The notes: generated by a model from the letters alone, not told the origin. Positions 12,961 to 26,195 are shown, counted from the first letter of the whole stretch. The stretch is DNA of 63,203 nt, filler included, from Reticulomyxa filosa (GCA_000512085.1; 25 parts of 25 records of this genome joined end to end with filler, not necessarily neighbours in it); one strand, 5' to 3'. A program made the numbers and translations.

Positions 12961-14087
12961 ATGGGATGCTATTGTTGTGGTGAAAAGGAAGAGAGGACTC
13001 GGTTGTTAACAACATCAAATCCAATAGAACGCTCTAAAAATGATAGAAAATTCCCAAATCCATCATTGGATGAAAGCGTAGCAACGAATCACGAGCCTTT
13101 CGTAGCAATTGACACCGAGAAATGGAAACAAGTAGATCCGAACGTGGACAGTCAGTCAATACAGTCACAGCGTTCTTCAATCCAGAGCACATATCCAAGC
13201 TCACTACCTTCAGTCAAGATGGCTGACAGCAACACAGTGAAGATGTTTGAATCTTCAGGTGTGAGGTTAAATGTCTTTCAACCCCTTTTTTTTTTAAAAA
13301 AAAAAGAAAACAAGTCAACCAATCAAAAACCTGGTTTTTTTTTTTATATTAAAAAAAAAAAAAAGATAATAAAGTAGATGAAGTGTGGTGCCCAGACTGC
13401 ATAACACTATCAAAGGAAGAGCTGGAAATGGAGAATATAGACGGGAAGTGGAGCAAAGACAAATTGATTGGACTGATGGAGATGTGGAAAGCAATGGAGG
13501 AGAAAGGAGACGAGGAGCTAAGTTGGTCTGCGGAGCAATCAGCATGTGCGACAGAGATGTTAGAGTATTTGAAGCACGAGTACTTGCCAAGTTTCAAGAC
13601 ATTGAACAAGACGAAAGAGGTGAGCAAACTGCTTGACAAATTTCGGACGACATTTAACGTATGGCACATTCCAACGACGTTATCCGCTGCACTGGACAAG
13701 TGGATGAGCGAAAGAGACAAGGACAATGACAATGACAAGGACAAGGACCGACACATTACAGACTCGCTGTCGCAATCGCAGCCTCGCTCCCACTCGCAAG
13801 CGCAGCCACTGTTGCTGACAGAAGCGAAAGACACGGACACGAATTTGCTGACGATGAAAGAGAAGACGACCATTTGGGACGACGAATACGTCCACCACGT
13901 CCTCAAGCCGATGTGGAGAGAAGTCATGACGCTGAGTCGAGATACGCAATGCTTGCAAATGAATGGACAGCGCATGTATTATAAACTGTGGCAACCTTTG
14001 AACCCCTCTTTCGATTCTCCGGGCGTCAGTAGTATCACTGGCCTTTTTCGAACAAGGACCCCGTTGGTTTTGATTAATGAATGGTAA
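12961..14087 (+). CDS. Hypothetical dually acylated protein; join(12961..13258,13378..14087)
   Basis: MGCYCCG start; a GT-AG intron restores the frame (SS-D-EVWCP). The 3' end may instead continue via a GTAATG donor at ~14084. Confidence 0.75.
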
Positions 14088-14108
14088 TGGTAATACAAAA
14101 TGTAATTA

Positions 14109-14146
<38 letters not shown>

Positions 14147-14299
14147 NNNNNNNNNNNNNNNNNNNNNNNNNNNNNNNNNNNNNNNNNNNNTTAATTAATT
14201 AANNNNNNNNNNNNNNNNNNNNNNNNNNNNNNNNNNNNNNNNNNNNTTTAAAGCTTCACAAAATTTTAAAAAATAATTTGAAAGAATGATATTTTTCTC

Positions 14300-14448
14300 C
14301 AACATAAAAAAAAGTTATTCAAAAATCAATATCATATTTAAAAACTACAAGTCTTGTAGATATTTTTTAATGTTTGTTTTTCATTAAGAAAATCTATCAT
14401 CTTCATAAGGTGGCATTTTAGGTGTTCAGTTTTTTTTGCAACATACTG
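14300..14448 (-). mobile_element. Right end / TIR of the TA|CAGT element family
   Basis: ...ataaggtggcattttaggtgttcagttttttttgcaacatACTG|TA (TA at 14449-50). Confidence 0.65.
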
Positions 14449-14499
14449 TATTATAATTCATTATACACAAATTTTGATATTTGTATCATAATAACATGC

Positions 14500-15246
14500 C
14501 GCAATTCTGTCATGTGAAACATATACTACTGACACTGAACCATTGTGATCTGTTAATCAATGTATTCCTTGTCCTGATTGCACATCTCATGAACGAACTA
14601 TTGCATTATGTGAACAAGATGCAAGAGTAAGACCATCTGGAAAATGTTTCACTTCATTAAAAAAATCATTGCGCAATTCAAATATTTTTAATTATTTTCC
14701 TGATTTTACATCCCGAATTCGAATGCTATGATCAAGTGGCATAAGAGACAACAAATTGACCATCTGGTGAAAAAGTTACATATTTAAAGATATTGAATGC
14801 TCTTTTAATTCTTGTAATCTTTGACCCGATTTCAAATCCCATATAACAATTGTCTTATCATTAGACGATGATAAAACCATTTTACTATCTAATGAAAACT
14901 GTACTGTTTGAGTATCTTGTAAATGACCCAACAATCTTTGTATCTCTTTTCCAGTGTTTACATTCCATAATCGTATTGTTTTATCATATGAATATGATAC
15001 AATAGTTTTACCATCTGGAGAAAAATTTACATACCATATAGGTTTATGATGTCCTTCAAATCTTCTTATTTCTTTTCCTGACTTTATATCCCATAATAAA
15101 ATTATATTGTTGTATGAACATGAAACAACAATACTGTCATCTGGAGAAAAATATCATACATAAGTGCATCTATTATATCCTTGGAAGATTTGAATTTGGT
15201 CTCCAGATGCAACATCCAATATACTTAGGGTTCTATCCTCTGATGA
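14500..15246 (-). pseudogene. WD40-repeat pseudogene
   Basis: FEGHHKPIWYVNFSPDGKTIVSYSYDKTIRLWNVNTG-type repeats with disruptions. Confidence 0.85.
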
Positions 15247-17019
15247 NNNNNNNNNNNNNNNNNNNNNNNNNNNNNNNNNNNNNNNNNNNNTTAATTAATT
15301 AANNNNNNNNNNNNNNNNNNNNNNNNNNNNNNNNNNNNNNNNNNNNTTTTTAATAAATTTTATTTTTAATTTTTTCATCAGTTCATTTTATGGGATTTTT
15401 TTTTTTATGTTAAAAAAAGATCATGTCAATTAATTCATTTCAAAGTATATTTTATTAGAATATTATTTTGGAAGTGATGGAAGTGGTAGTATTATTGAGT
15501 TCTTGTATATAGTTAATAATTGTCAATTAACTGTCCAAAATACTTAGACAGAAGTTACTCAATACGATAACAAACTTTTATTGTTTAGATTTATTACCAA
15601 GAAAATAAAACAATAAGAGCTACGCATAAGACTGTACGAAATTACGAATTGATTATTGTCACTGTTTCTGGAGTATTATCTTCTTAAGCTGTAAATGTTT
15701 TTATATTACAGTTGATGGAGCAGCTCATTGCCTTTTTTCATTTCCTTCAAAAACTTTAATACATACACTACGATGATGCTTGACATATTGCACCAATCGA
15801 TTTCAACATTTTTCGATCTTGAAAAAACGGAGCAAATAGAAGGATAAGAGTTGATACTATGTTCCAAGCTTTGATTGAGTTTTTGTTTTTCTTATCTTCC
15901 ACGCTAATGAGCAATTCATCAACCCCCATCATCAATATTCTTGGTAATGTAATCGGGACAGTTGTTAGTGAGAAGCGGGCTTGGTTGCATCAAACCGTAA
16001 CAAATTTTGTTACATATTGCAATGGTGTGAACACTGCGAGGAAATAGAAGAAGAAAGATATTTGCATTGTTCTGGTGGCAAGCTTGATAACTGTGTCATT
16101 TCATTTTTTTTGGTATTGTTTTTGCAAAGAACATGTTTCAGTTGCTATTTGCTATTGTTTTTTGTATAGTATCGAACATTCAAAACAGGATAAAATTTAA
16201 TAAACATATTTCATTATCTTCATTTTTGTTTTTATATTTACATATGTTCATTGTTTTTTTTTTTTGCGCTTTATTTGGTTCAGTATTATTATTCTTTTAT
16301 CACTAATTGTTTTTTTAAATTTTCATTATTATTTACAAATAACATTTTTATTGGCTGTTAAGTCAACAACATAATGTGACAAATTCAAATAAATAACGAT
16401 AGAAAAACAAATATTACGATATCATCTTTTGTAATTTGGTGTTTCAATTTACATGTATCCAGCAGCCATATTTCTAATTTTTCATTTCTTTATTCTTTAT
16501 GATTTTCTCTATAATAAATAAAATTAACAACGAAAGAAAATTATTCGTTATTAATTTATTAAACATCATACTTTACCAACTAAAGTTGAAACATAGTATC
16601 ATTGTTTTATATCAAATTCAGAAAATGGACAAGAAATGATGAAAACAATCAAGAAAAAATAAACAAAATTATCAAATGCTGTTATTTCATCAAAATACAG
16701 TATTGTCAATTGATACTTAATATTTTAAACTTTGAAATTTTAAAAAATAATTACAATAAGAATAAAAATTTTAAATACTTTAAAATTGAACACTTTTGTA
16801 ACTTGTGATATCATTTGAAATTTTGTGTGAGCTTGTTTTTCTGTTCACATCAGCTTTCAGCTTTTGATTTTCGATATTGTGCTTACATTTGCATGAAGAA
16901 GGTGATTCATTTAAAAAGATGTTCGATGCAGCAAGTGGAGAAAATAGGAAAAGATTAACCGAAAAAAAAATGAAAAGGTGTTTTTTTTTTTTAAAAAAGA
17001 AATAAAGTATCAAGTTCAT

Positions 17020-17451
17020 GTTTGATATCATCCTTACACCGTGCGATCTCATCCTTGAGCATGGTTTGCATATGGTCTGGCAAGCAAGTCAAAACCGAGT
17101 CACAAAGACGGATAGAAGAAGCGCTTTCTCGTAGATTAGAATGCATAATCTTGCGAGCTCGAATTAGTTGGTCTCGTACTTTTTTGGTGATATCATCTTC
17201 AATTTCATTCCAAGAGCAGCGATAGCGATTGCCCCTAGTTTTTCAATGGCCTTGTTTAACTTGGCATAAAGTTGTTTGGGAGTGGCGGCATGTAAGGAAG
17301 AAGAAGAAGAGTAAGGATTGGACTGACAGCCACTGAGTTCAATCGCTTTGTATTTGGTGACAAGTTCAGCCAAAGTGTGTTCAGTCCGTTTTCAAAGTCG
17401 TCGATACGACGAATAATGGTAAGTGTAGTAGTATCCTCTTTATTATTATTA

Positions 17452-17504
<53 letters not shown>

Positions 17505-17986
17505 GACATTTGCATGATGATTTATATTATTATAATTAGCTTTGTCATTGTCAAAATGCGAATGTTCATATTGATATTCACCTAAGATGACGCTAATTTT
17601 GCGAAGCAGTTTGATCTTGTGTTCGGCCTCGAGAAAATTGTAAGCGACGAGAGCAGAGTCGATGTCGTGAAGCATATGTAGCATCCACGTGGCGATAGTG
17701 CCTTTGATACTGGCGTGGACTTGCTCGACGTCGCTTTGCGTGCGTTTGTCGACAAACTTGTCAAAGATAAAGTGTGTGGCCTCGTCGAGCCATCGCAGAT
17801 GCTCTTCCAAGAGGATCACATGCTTCAAATCGGCCTCTGTCTCTCCAAGTAGTACAGCCTCCACCAGCGTTTTTTTCGCCAATTGTATTAGCGATCGAGC
17901 CAGCGTGTCTTTGACATAAGCAAGAGCATATTCACTCTGAGAATCGTCATTGTCATTGTCATTGTCATTGTCATTGTCATTGTCAT
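17020..17986 (-). CDS. Hypothetical alpha-helical protein fragment with poly-Asn tract and two apparent frameshifts; 5' truncated
   Basis: GC-elevated overlapping ORFs 17256-17882 and 17164-17373, then CSWNEIEDDITKKVRDQL...KDEIARCKDDIKHE in the third frame. Confidence 0.55.
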
Positions 17987-19094
17987 NNNNNNNNNNNNNN
18001 NNNNNNNNNNNNNNNNNNNNNNNNNNNNNNTTAATTAATTAANNNNNNNNNNNNNNNNNNNNNNNNNNNNNNNNNNNNNNNNNNNNGTTGTAATTATTTC
18101 TTACATTTCTTCAAAGTGTGTATATAATTATCTTTACTTTTGAGGATCTTTTTTTTCTTTCTATCCTTGAAGATTGTTAATTTTTTTCCTCTCCCGAATG
18201 TAAATTGGCTCTAAAACGAAAGAATACGTATAACCATATTTTTTTGAGACGCATGCACACATTCTCGATTTTCAAACTTTCCCTTTCGTACAAATCCATT
18301 TCTTCTTAAAAGACGAAAATTATCAATGAATATACCATTGAACATATAAAACAATTATCATGTTGTTCCACAAGTTTTGCTTTTTGATAGAAGAACAAAC
18401 ACTTTACTCATGTCCAGATAAGAATTTTTTGTTTCACTTCATCGTAATATATAATACAGTAAAAAATTATATTTAGATTTCGCTTTTCGTCATTTTCAAG
18501 ATATTTTCTGCAGTAAAAATATTACATAATTAATTTCGATCATTCTCCATTTGTATTTGTCGTAGAAAAACCACGTATATATTTGGAAAGCGCAAAGAAA
18601 TACACATCCTTATGTAATATGAAATTTACTGTAAGCTTAACTCTGCTGTTGATTTTCGCATTTTTCTCCAAAAAAATTACTTGAGAACCACTAATTTGCT
18701 TTTAAAGTTACTTTCTAAATGTTGTAGTTAAAAATAACTAACATATTATTTTCCTCCTTTTTCGATGTAAAAAATCCTCTAAGTATTTCCTGCAGAAAAA
18801 GTGATTTAGATTTAAATTTAAGAGTTTTAGTTAAATATCACAAAGAAACTTAAAAAATTGTTTTGCACTGTTGCTTTCGCGCTAGTTTATATACCATTTC
18901 ATATTCACACTACACAATTTTTTACACAAGAAATTAATTGTACATTTTTATAATTCAATTTTCTTTGACAGAGTTTCAGTTAAACTTTAAGTTCCCCTAC
19001 AAAATTTTTAAAGTTCTAATTCCGGGTTGCATTCTTATTATCGTTAATAAATGTTGATTGTATTTTAGATTTAAGTTGACTTAAGTCTATTTGA

Positions 19095-19518
19095 AAATCA
19101 TTTTGGTTTTTTATTAAATCTTTCCTAATTGTTTAAAAAATTTGAATATTTTATTACTTTTTGGAATTTTTCGAGAAAAAGTTGACAAATCTGACTTTAT
19201 CGTAACCATGAAATTTGCCAGCTTTTTTTAAGCATTTTCAGAAAGTGTTTAATGCATAATCATTTTCAAAAAAAAATAAAAATGATTAAAAAACACAAAT
19301 ATCAAACTATACTTAACTAAAAAAAAAAAGAAAAATAAAGTAGAAAATATTGAAATAATTATGATAGATTTAATAAAAAACCAAAATGATATTTAAAAAC
19401 TACAAGATTTGTATATATTTAAAAAAAGAATTACGTCTGAATGTTGTTTTTTAATAAGAAAATCAGTCATCTCTATAAGATGCCGTTTTAGGTTTCAGCT
19501 TTACTTTGCATTCTACTG
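19095..19518. mobile_element. MITE/foldback-like copy: inner part of left TIR, core, and complete right TIR
   Basis: atcattttggttttttattaaatc (~19097-19120) is the exact reverse complement of gatttaataaaaaaccaaaatgat (~19367-19390). The copy ends ...ctttactttgcattctACTG at 19518. Confidence 0.7.
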
Positions 19519-19755
19519 ACATGCTTGTACTAGCTACGCATTATTGATCCAGTAATGTTATTCGACTTGAAAATTTTGAATTAACTTGATGCAGCAATGA
19601 ATTTGTTCCTGTACGGCCGGGATATACTTAGAACGATATAAGTATCTTATTCAGCACTTGGTGCTGTAACAAATTGATTTTTCTGATCAAGTACTTGCAT
19701 AAAACGATGACTCTGTTTATATCTCGATGACATGTCTGATTACTGCTTTATATTG

Positions 19756-19862
19756 CAGTAGGATAAAAAAGAAAGTTTGCACCTAAAATGCCACCTTATA
19801 GAGATGATCGTGTTTCTCTATGAAAAAACAACATTTAATCAAAATTTTTAAAAAAATATCTA
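19756..19862 (+). mobile_element. Left TIR of a further copy, cut by the contig end
   Basis: CAGTAGGATAAAAAAGAAAGTTTGCACCTAAAATGCCACCTTATAGAGATG matches the copy starting at 7154. Confidence 0.65.
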
Positions 19863-20044
19863 NNNNNNNNNNNNNNNNNNNNNNNNNNNNNNNNNNNNNN
19901 NNNNNNTTAATTAATTAANNNNNNNNNNNNNNNNNNNNNNNNNNNNNNNNNNNNNNNNNNNNAATATTGTGTGAACTCGGTGGACATATGTCAAGTCCAC
20001 GTGGAAATCCCACAAAAAAAAATGACAAGGTCAACTGATTACCT

Positions 20045-20190
20045 TTGGCCCAATGGAGACACCATACCAAAAAGCGACAGGAGGTCAATCTTCTTTTTTT
20101 TTTGGTCCCCACTTTCAATAACAACGAAAGTAAAAAAAAAGAAGTTGGCCCAGTGGAGACACCACAATAAAATTGAAGGAGGCCAAAAGT
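20045..20190 (+). repeat. Diverged direct repeat, 100-bp period
   Basis: TTGGCCCA(A/G)TGGAGACACCA at 20045 and 20145, each followed by AGGAGG(T/C)CAA. Confidence 0.7.
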
Positions 20191-21611
20191 ACTTCATTCG
20201 ACCTAAAAACCCGAGATCATCCAATAGTCTTTTTCAATCTTCTTTTTTTTAGCATATGAGACCCAAGTGAAAAACATTGGACGTCGATATAGTCCACTCA
20301 TATGCGATATGGTATAATAGATCTACTTTGGCTCCATTCTTTAATACCACCAACTTTATATACTTTCTGTTATTTGTTTCTATTCTTTGTTTGCTTCTTC
20401 ATCTGATAATATGATGATCGATCTATTACCAAAGTTAAATTACACTGAATAATGCTTGCCCCAGAATAATGACATTGTTGGATATTCGACTGTCGATTAT
20501 TTATTGTATTGTCATTCCAATCATTATCATTTCATCATGCAATATATCAATTGTCATTACATATTCCATTATCAAATTATTGTCGCATTTGAATACACAT
20601 TTTTTTCCTTGGCTTTGCTATATTTGATTATAGTGATCTTTATATTGTTTAGATCGCAAATGCCGTAGTATACGTCCAATATAATTGAAATTATGATTCG
20701 TGAATCTATAATTAAAAAATCTAGTTGTTATGTGAAAATCAAATCATCATATGTTACAAGTTCAATTTCATATACGCGAGTATTTGAATATATCAAGAAA
20801 TTTATCAAAATGAAAATATTTGTAACTGTTCTTTGGATATCGTGGATTACTATATTGTCTTGTGCTGCCAAATATAAATTACACTGATGTGTATTAGCAT
20901 TTTGTGGGCAAATTAACTGCAAACTCATAGTTCAATTGCTACGTGTCAATTTGAAAAGAAATGATTATTACCATTATGATATCTTACGTTCGTCATGATA
21001 TAACATTTTACTTAGTTCAATGTTCCAAGCTTCTACGTTATTGACTAATTCCAAGCATAAATGCAACAATTCATTCCATTTCATTTGTGTTTCCACCTTT
21101 GCAATGCCATTTGAAGCTACACTTGTTGTCTTTTGCATATTAGTGGTCTATTAAGCTTTGGGGGGGTTTATTTTTTAATACTTCAAAGTCCCTTTTTTCC
21201 TCTGTTTTTTTTTTCTAAAAAGTCGACACTATTTCAGTTAGTACCTCTTTGCAACAAGAAATTTTTCAAAGAAAGGTCCATTGATAACACCAAAAAATAA
21301 GTTAATAAAATCTGCCATCCTTTTTCTAATAAAAAAGTGTAAATATAAAAAGAAAACATTGACAGTTCATCAAAACAGCACTAGTTTTGAGAGATAATAC
21401 CATTTTACATTCTCATTTTGATAAAATGGATTTTCTTCAATCATCCTTTAATGATCCATTTCTTTCTGCCAAACCACAAAAGATATTCTTCCCATATTTT
21501 GTTGCGAAATACAGGTTGTCAGTTTTTTCAAGTGTTTTTGTTGTACGAAAAAAGGACTTTTTGAACTCTTCCCGCTGACACTGATCTTTTTCAATAAACA
21601 AGTCCTGAAAA

Positions 21612-21850
21612 ATGTCGTCTGCAACTTATGAATTTCCCTCAGTGGCATATGCCATGTTTGAGTGTTTGGGAATTACCTTTTCGATATCTTTGTCATGTTT
21701 AGGACCAACTTACGAGACCGCAAAGGCAGGTGTAGCACTGGCAAGTATGGGTGTATTGAACCCAAGTACAGTGATAAAAAATATTATTCCTGTGGTCATG
21801 GTTGGTGTATTGTGAATTTACGGTTTGATTACAAGTATGCAAAACTCTAA
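21612..21850 (+). pseudogene. ATP6V0C: V-ATPase 16-kDa proteolipid (subunit c) pseudogene
   Basis: [45 protein letters not shown], with an in-frame TGA and substitutions at conserved small residues. Confidence 0.85.
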
Positions 21851-22190
21851 AANNNNNNNNNNNNNNNNNNNNNNNNNNNNNNNNNNNNNNNNNNNNTTAA
21901 TTAATTAANNNNNNNNNNNNNNNNNNNNNNNNNNNNNNNNNNNNNNNNNNNNTTTTTTTAGTAGTTTTTCCGTCACTCAATTTCGCAACATTTGATTTTT
22001 TGCAAGTGTCAGGATACAAATTGACAAAAATTTGATCCATGTGCACAAGTGTTTATTACTCCAAATTGAAATAAAAAAAGTTTCTTGAAGAAGCAATCCA
22101 GTAAGAAGTGTACAATATAAAAAAAAAAGAAAATAATACTGAATGAGTTTTAAAAAAATGTAAAGCGAAAGTGTTGAAAGGGATAAACAT

Positions 22191-24942
22191 TTACGAATGT
22201 ATGTCAGTCATCCAAAACTCAAGTGTACCTCCGTTGACAACATCTTTAATGTTGAAAAAGGGTAGAGTTTGTGCGATTCCGTTGACTTTAAAAAGCTTGA
22301 CAAACATATTTTCCAAAGAGTTGTTATAAGCGAGAATGTGAATATCTCCTCTTTGGCGATGAATGGTGACATTGGAAAACAGAGGCGATCCCAAAATGTA
22401 CATTCCGTCACCGGCCCTAGGATAAAAGCCTAAATAGCCAAAGACGGCCCATCCACTCATAGTCCCGTAATCGTCATTTCCGGGCAGTCCGTGTGGGGAG
22501 TTGAGGAACTTGGCAGCCAATAGTTTGCGAACATACATGGAGGTCAAATATTGATACGAGCCATCGGCAATGAAAGCAAATTGATAAGGAGCGAAGAGAT
22601 CTTCCTCATTGCCTTGCCAATAAAAGGGATTGGGCATGAAATTGGTGGGATCCATGAACGAAGCGTTTAGAAAATGATTAACTGTTGCAAGAAATACTCT
22701 GGAGATTCGAATATGGAAATCAAGCCAGGCGTGTCTTGAGGGACAAACCAACGCCAATGCCAAGCATCACCCTCCACATAGCGTTGGTCTTCCAGATTCA
22801 CAAACGAGCGTGGACAATTAAATGTTCCGTTGCTTGTGTTAGTGTAGATATTGTTTAGATCAAAAAATTTGTGAATGAAAGAGTAGACGAGAATATGAGA
22901 ATAAACATATACCTGTAGCGTGGACACATGAATTGTGTGATGGGATCGAACACATTTCGATAATTGAGCGACCGATTCATGAACATGTCGTAATCGGAAG
23001 TTTTGTTTAGAAACGACGCCACCAATGCGCATGCCCAGTCGTCGTAGGCGTACTCCAAGGTATCGCAACAGGCAACGTTGTCTTGCTCATAAGGCACGTA
23101 GCCCAGTTCTATATAATCGTCAACGCTGTTTCTGCTCGCATGCGGTTGTGGTTGCGTTGCCCCTTGATACATGCCGCTGTACGCGACACTCGCCTCAAAG
23201 CTGTCTCCCAATCCATGTGCGATCGCGTCGCTGATTACGATATCTGCGTGTTGGCCAATCATACAACCGGTATATCCATTGGCTAATGGCCATCGAGGCA
23301 AATCTCCGCCTTGTTTATACCTTTAATATATACAAATATATATATATATATATGTATAGATTATATAAATGCGACATAACATTTCAACCAAGGACTGGGA
23401 AATATCGGCCATGACATCAGGTCTCAAGAGTGTCAACAACGGATACTGTGTGCGATGGACATCCCACAAAGACATATCAGTGTAATAGGCACTGTTGCCA
23501 GAGCGCACGGTGTGCACTTGTTGGTCGAAGCCCAGATACACTTCATTGACCTCAGAGAATGTGGTGGGAGAGCAAAGTGCGTGATACAGAGCGGTGTAGA
23601 ACACGGTGATGTTGTCTGTGGTTAAAAAGTCTTGGGATTGGAATTGAGAAGGGAAAGAGGAGGTAATCACATTGTCCTCGATCTGAATGAGAGACAACTG
23701 TTGTCTCCAAAGCGACACGGCAGTGGTAGAGATGTCGTCAAACGAAGAGTTAACCTCACTTTTCAAATTGGTAAGCGCCTGTTCGACGCTGATAAAGGAA
23801 ATGCCGACGTACATTTCCACGGCCGTGAATCCTTGGCTGTCGAACTGCACAAACACGCCACAAGTGGTGGTGGACTCCACATTCCATTGTTCATTGCTTT
23901 GCGACAATAAATCGATTCGATTCACTTTTGACACCAACGATGTATTCATTATCATTGCTTTTACTTCTGTTTTTCTTCGTTCCATTTTATAGTCACCACT
24001 ATTTCCCTTCTTATTTCGATCGTCATTGGTCGTGTCGCTATTGTTATTGTCGGCAAGCCATCCGAAAATGGCAGGTGCAAACGACTCGTTGAATCGAATG
24101 GCGAAATACACAACAACACCGCCGATTCTGCTGGCCAGACCTCCCATGTCGTGCGTGAAACCAGAGATGGTTTGCGTGGAGTAATCCACTTGCAACGACA
24201 TGTTCACAACGGTACCCCAACTCAACGAATATGACGGATCGATGACAACGAAAGACCCATTCAACTTATTCTCTTCATTGTTCTTGTACGTATATCGATG
24301 CACTCCACTGTTCATTGTGCTCGTCAGTTCGACTGTCACATTGTTCCCCAACAAGTCCACGCTGTAGTAACCTGGTTTTATCGTCTCCTTCTTATGCGAA
24401 AATTCCTGCAACCATGGAAATCGGTCGTAAATGTATTTATCTCCTTTTTTATTCGTCCATTCAAACAAAATACAAAATGTACATACATATATTTACATAC
24501 GTACATATATATATGTACACATAACACCTATGTAATCTGGCACAAATGTCGTTGGAAATACACCCACATTGCCGTAGCCAGCCACTCCTGCACCGAATAA
24601 ATGAGTGTGCGATAGCATACGCATATGTCTATCAGCGTAATGGTATCCACCAACGTTTGCCCTTATTTGTTTTGTTTTTTTAGTGATGTGCTGTCTTTTG
24701 TATTTAATTTATTTATTCTCTCCTCTCAACACTAACCATGGGGTCCATATGTCATCGACAAAACATGTATCTGGACTTAAACGCACTTTCGCAAAGGGAA
24801 CTTGCACTCCTCCGGGAATCGTTCCCACACCGTATCCCGCTCCTCCTGTCCCGATATACGGGTTCACATAGTCCAGAGGATCTATTGATGACTCATATGC
24901 TGGCAATAACACGCATAAACAAACAATAAACCATCCTATCAT
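22191..24942 (-). CDS. GH92 alpha-1,2-mannosidase, secreted, 5 exons, one apparent 1-nt frameshift at ~22678
   Basis: Signal peptide, YVNPYIGTGG..G.TIPG.QVPF..VRLSPDT, SHTHLFGAG, FYTALYHAL, SLWDVHRTQYPLL, LPRWPLAN..TGCMIGQH, TLEYAYDDW, YVEGDAWHWRWFVPQD, GNE and GLPGNDDYGTMSGW. Four GT-AG introns keep the frame. Confidence 0.95.
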
Positions 24943-25510
24943 TTCAATACGGCAATCACTCAGTTGTTTGTCACTGCCACTCTTTCCTCATACTTAAAAA
25001 AAGACTAAAGTGTTAATTTGTTCAGTTACGAGCGCAAGCGAAAAAAGGAAAAGTAATATGTTGCGTACCGACAACATAAATATAGCTAAGAAGTGAAAAG
25101 GAGTTGCAATTGTGCGAATAAAAAAGTGAGTGAAAGCAAGTTATTAATTACAAGCACGGTTGCTCATCTGCACAAAATTATAAAACAGATATTTGTCCCA
25201 TGAAGGAATGAACACAAACTCAATTCCAAACATAAACAAAAAGGAAGAAAAATGCCATTAAGAAACAGAATAGAGGACATTTTCCACAAGCAAAAAAAAA
25301 AAAANNNNNNNNNNNNNNNNNNNNNNNNNNNNNNNNNNNNNNNNNNNNTTAATTAATTAANNNNNNNNNNNNNNNNNNNNNNNNNNNNNNNNNNNNNNNN
25401 NNNNAAAAAAAAAAAAAAGTGTCCCCCCCCCCCCCCATCTGCCCCTTTACATTACAATGTTTATACGTATCTCTAAACAAAATTATTTTTTTTTTCCCCT
25501 TCTTTCTGGC

Positions 25511-26195
25511 CTAATACAATTGTGAATTAGAAACTCGTTTGGCTTGGCCATTATTCAAATCTATCCCACTAAATTCGTTTCCAACCAGTTGGTCACCGGC
25601 ATTGGGATGAGTGATATTGTCATTGACAATGCCATCGGCGTTAGGAGAAGGCGAGGGCTGTACATCGTCGGTATTAACATAAACAATTTTGGTTGGATCA
25701 TATGTCAAGTGATCTTTGTACATTTGATTTACAAAATTATGATTATCCAAATTATTGATGTCAATGTTATAAAATTTTTCAATCAATCGAATTTTTAGTA
25801 TATAATGATTCACTCTTTGTTGCAAATTTTCCATCAATTTCGCCCCGAATTCTCTTTCTTGCTCCCATTGCCGCTTCTCAATTTCCAACTGTTGGTTGTC
25901 TTTGCGGTAATCATTCAACAACAGCAATCCTTCACTCCGCTCCATTTCCCATGCTTTACGCTCTTGTTGTTGTTGTTGATATAACTTCGCGTACTCTGTT
26001 TTCCATTGCTCTAGCTTTTTCATATTTTTTTTTTTGGTCTTTGTCTTTTTCGTCCAAACGAACAGAGCAACTAGATCAACAGTATACTATACAGTTATAT
26101 GTTGCAAAAAAAAAAACCTGCTCTTCAATTGTCATTCCAGGGCGAATGAAGGAAAATGCCGGTATATTGTTTGAATACATGTTTTGGGTGGTCAT
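25511..26195 (-). CDS. Hypothetical coiled-coil protein (probably intron-containing)
   Basis: 170-aa E/Q/K-rich ORF plus an upstream exon MTTQNMYSNN...MTIEEQ|GT. Confidence 0.55.

Noticed and set aside
21810-21820. UGA-to-Gly recoding, suggested by TGA at conserved Gly positions in V-ATPase c (GVL*IYG) and kinesin (TMY*D)
   Set aside because: Both are pseudogenes with other lesions, GGA>TGA is a single change, and intact genes such as Rab7 end on TGA right after the CXC motif.
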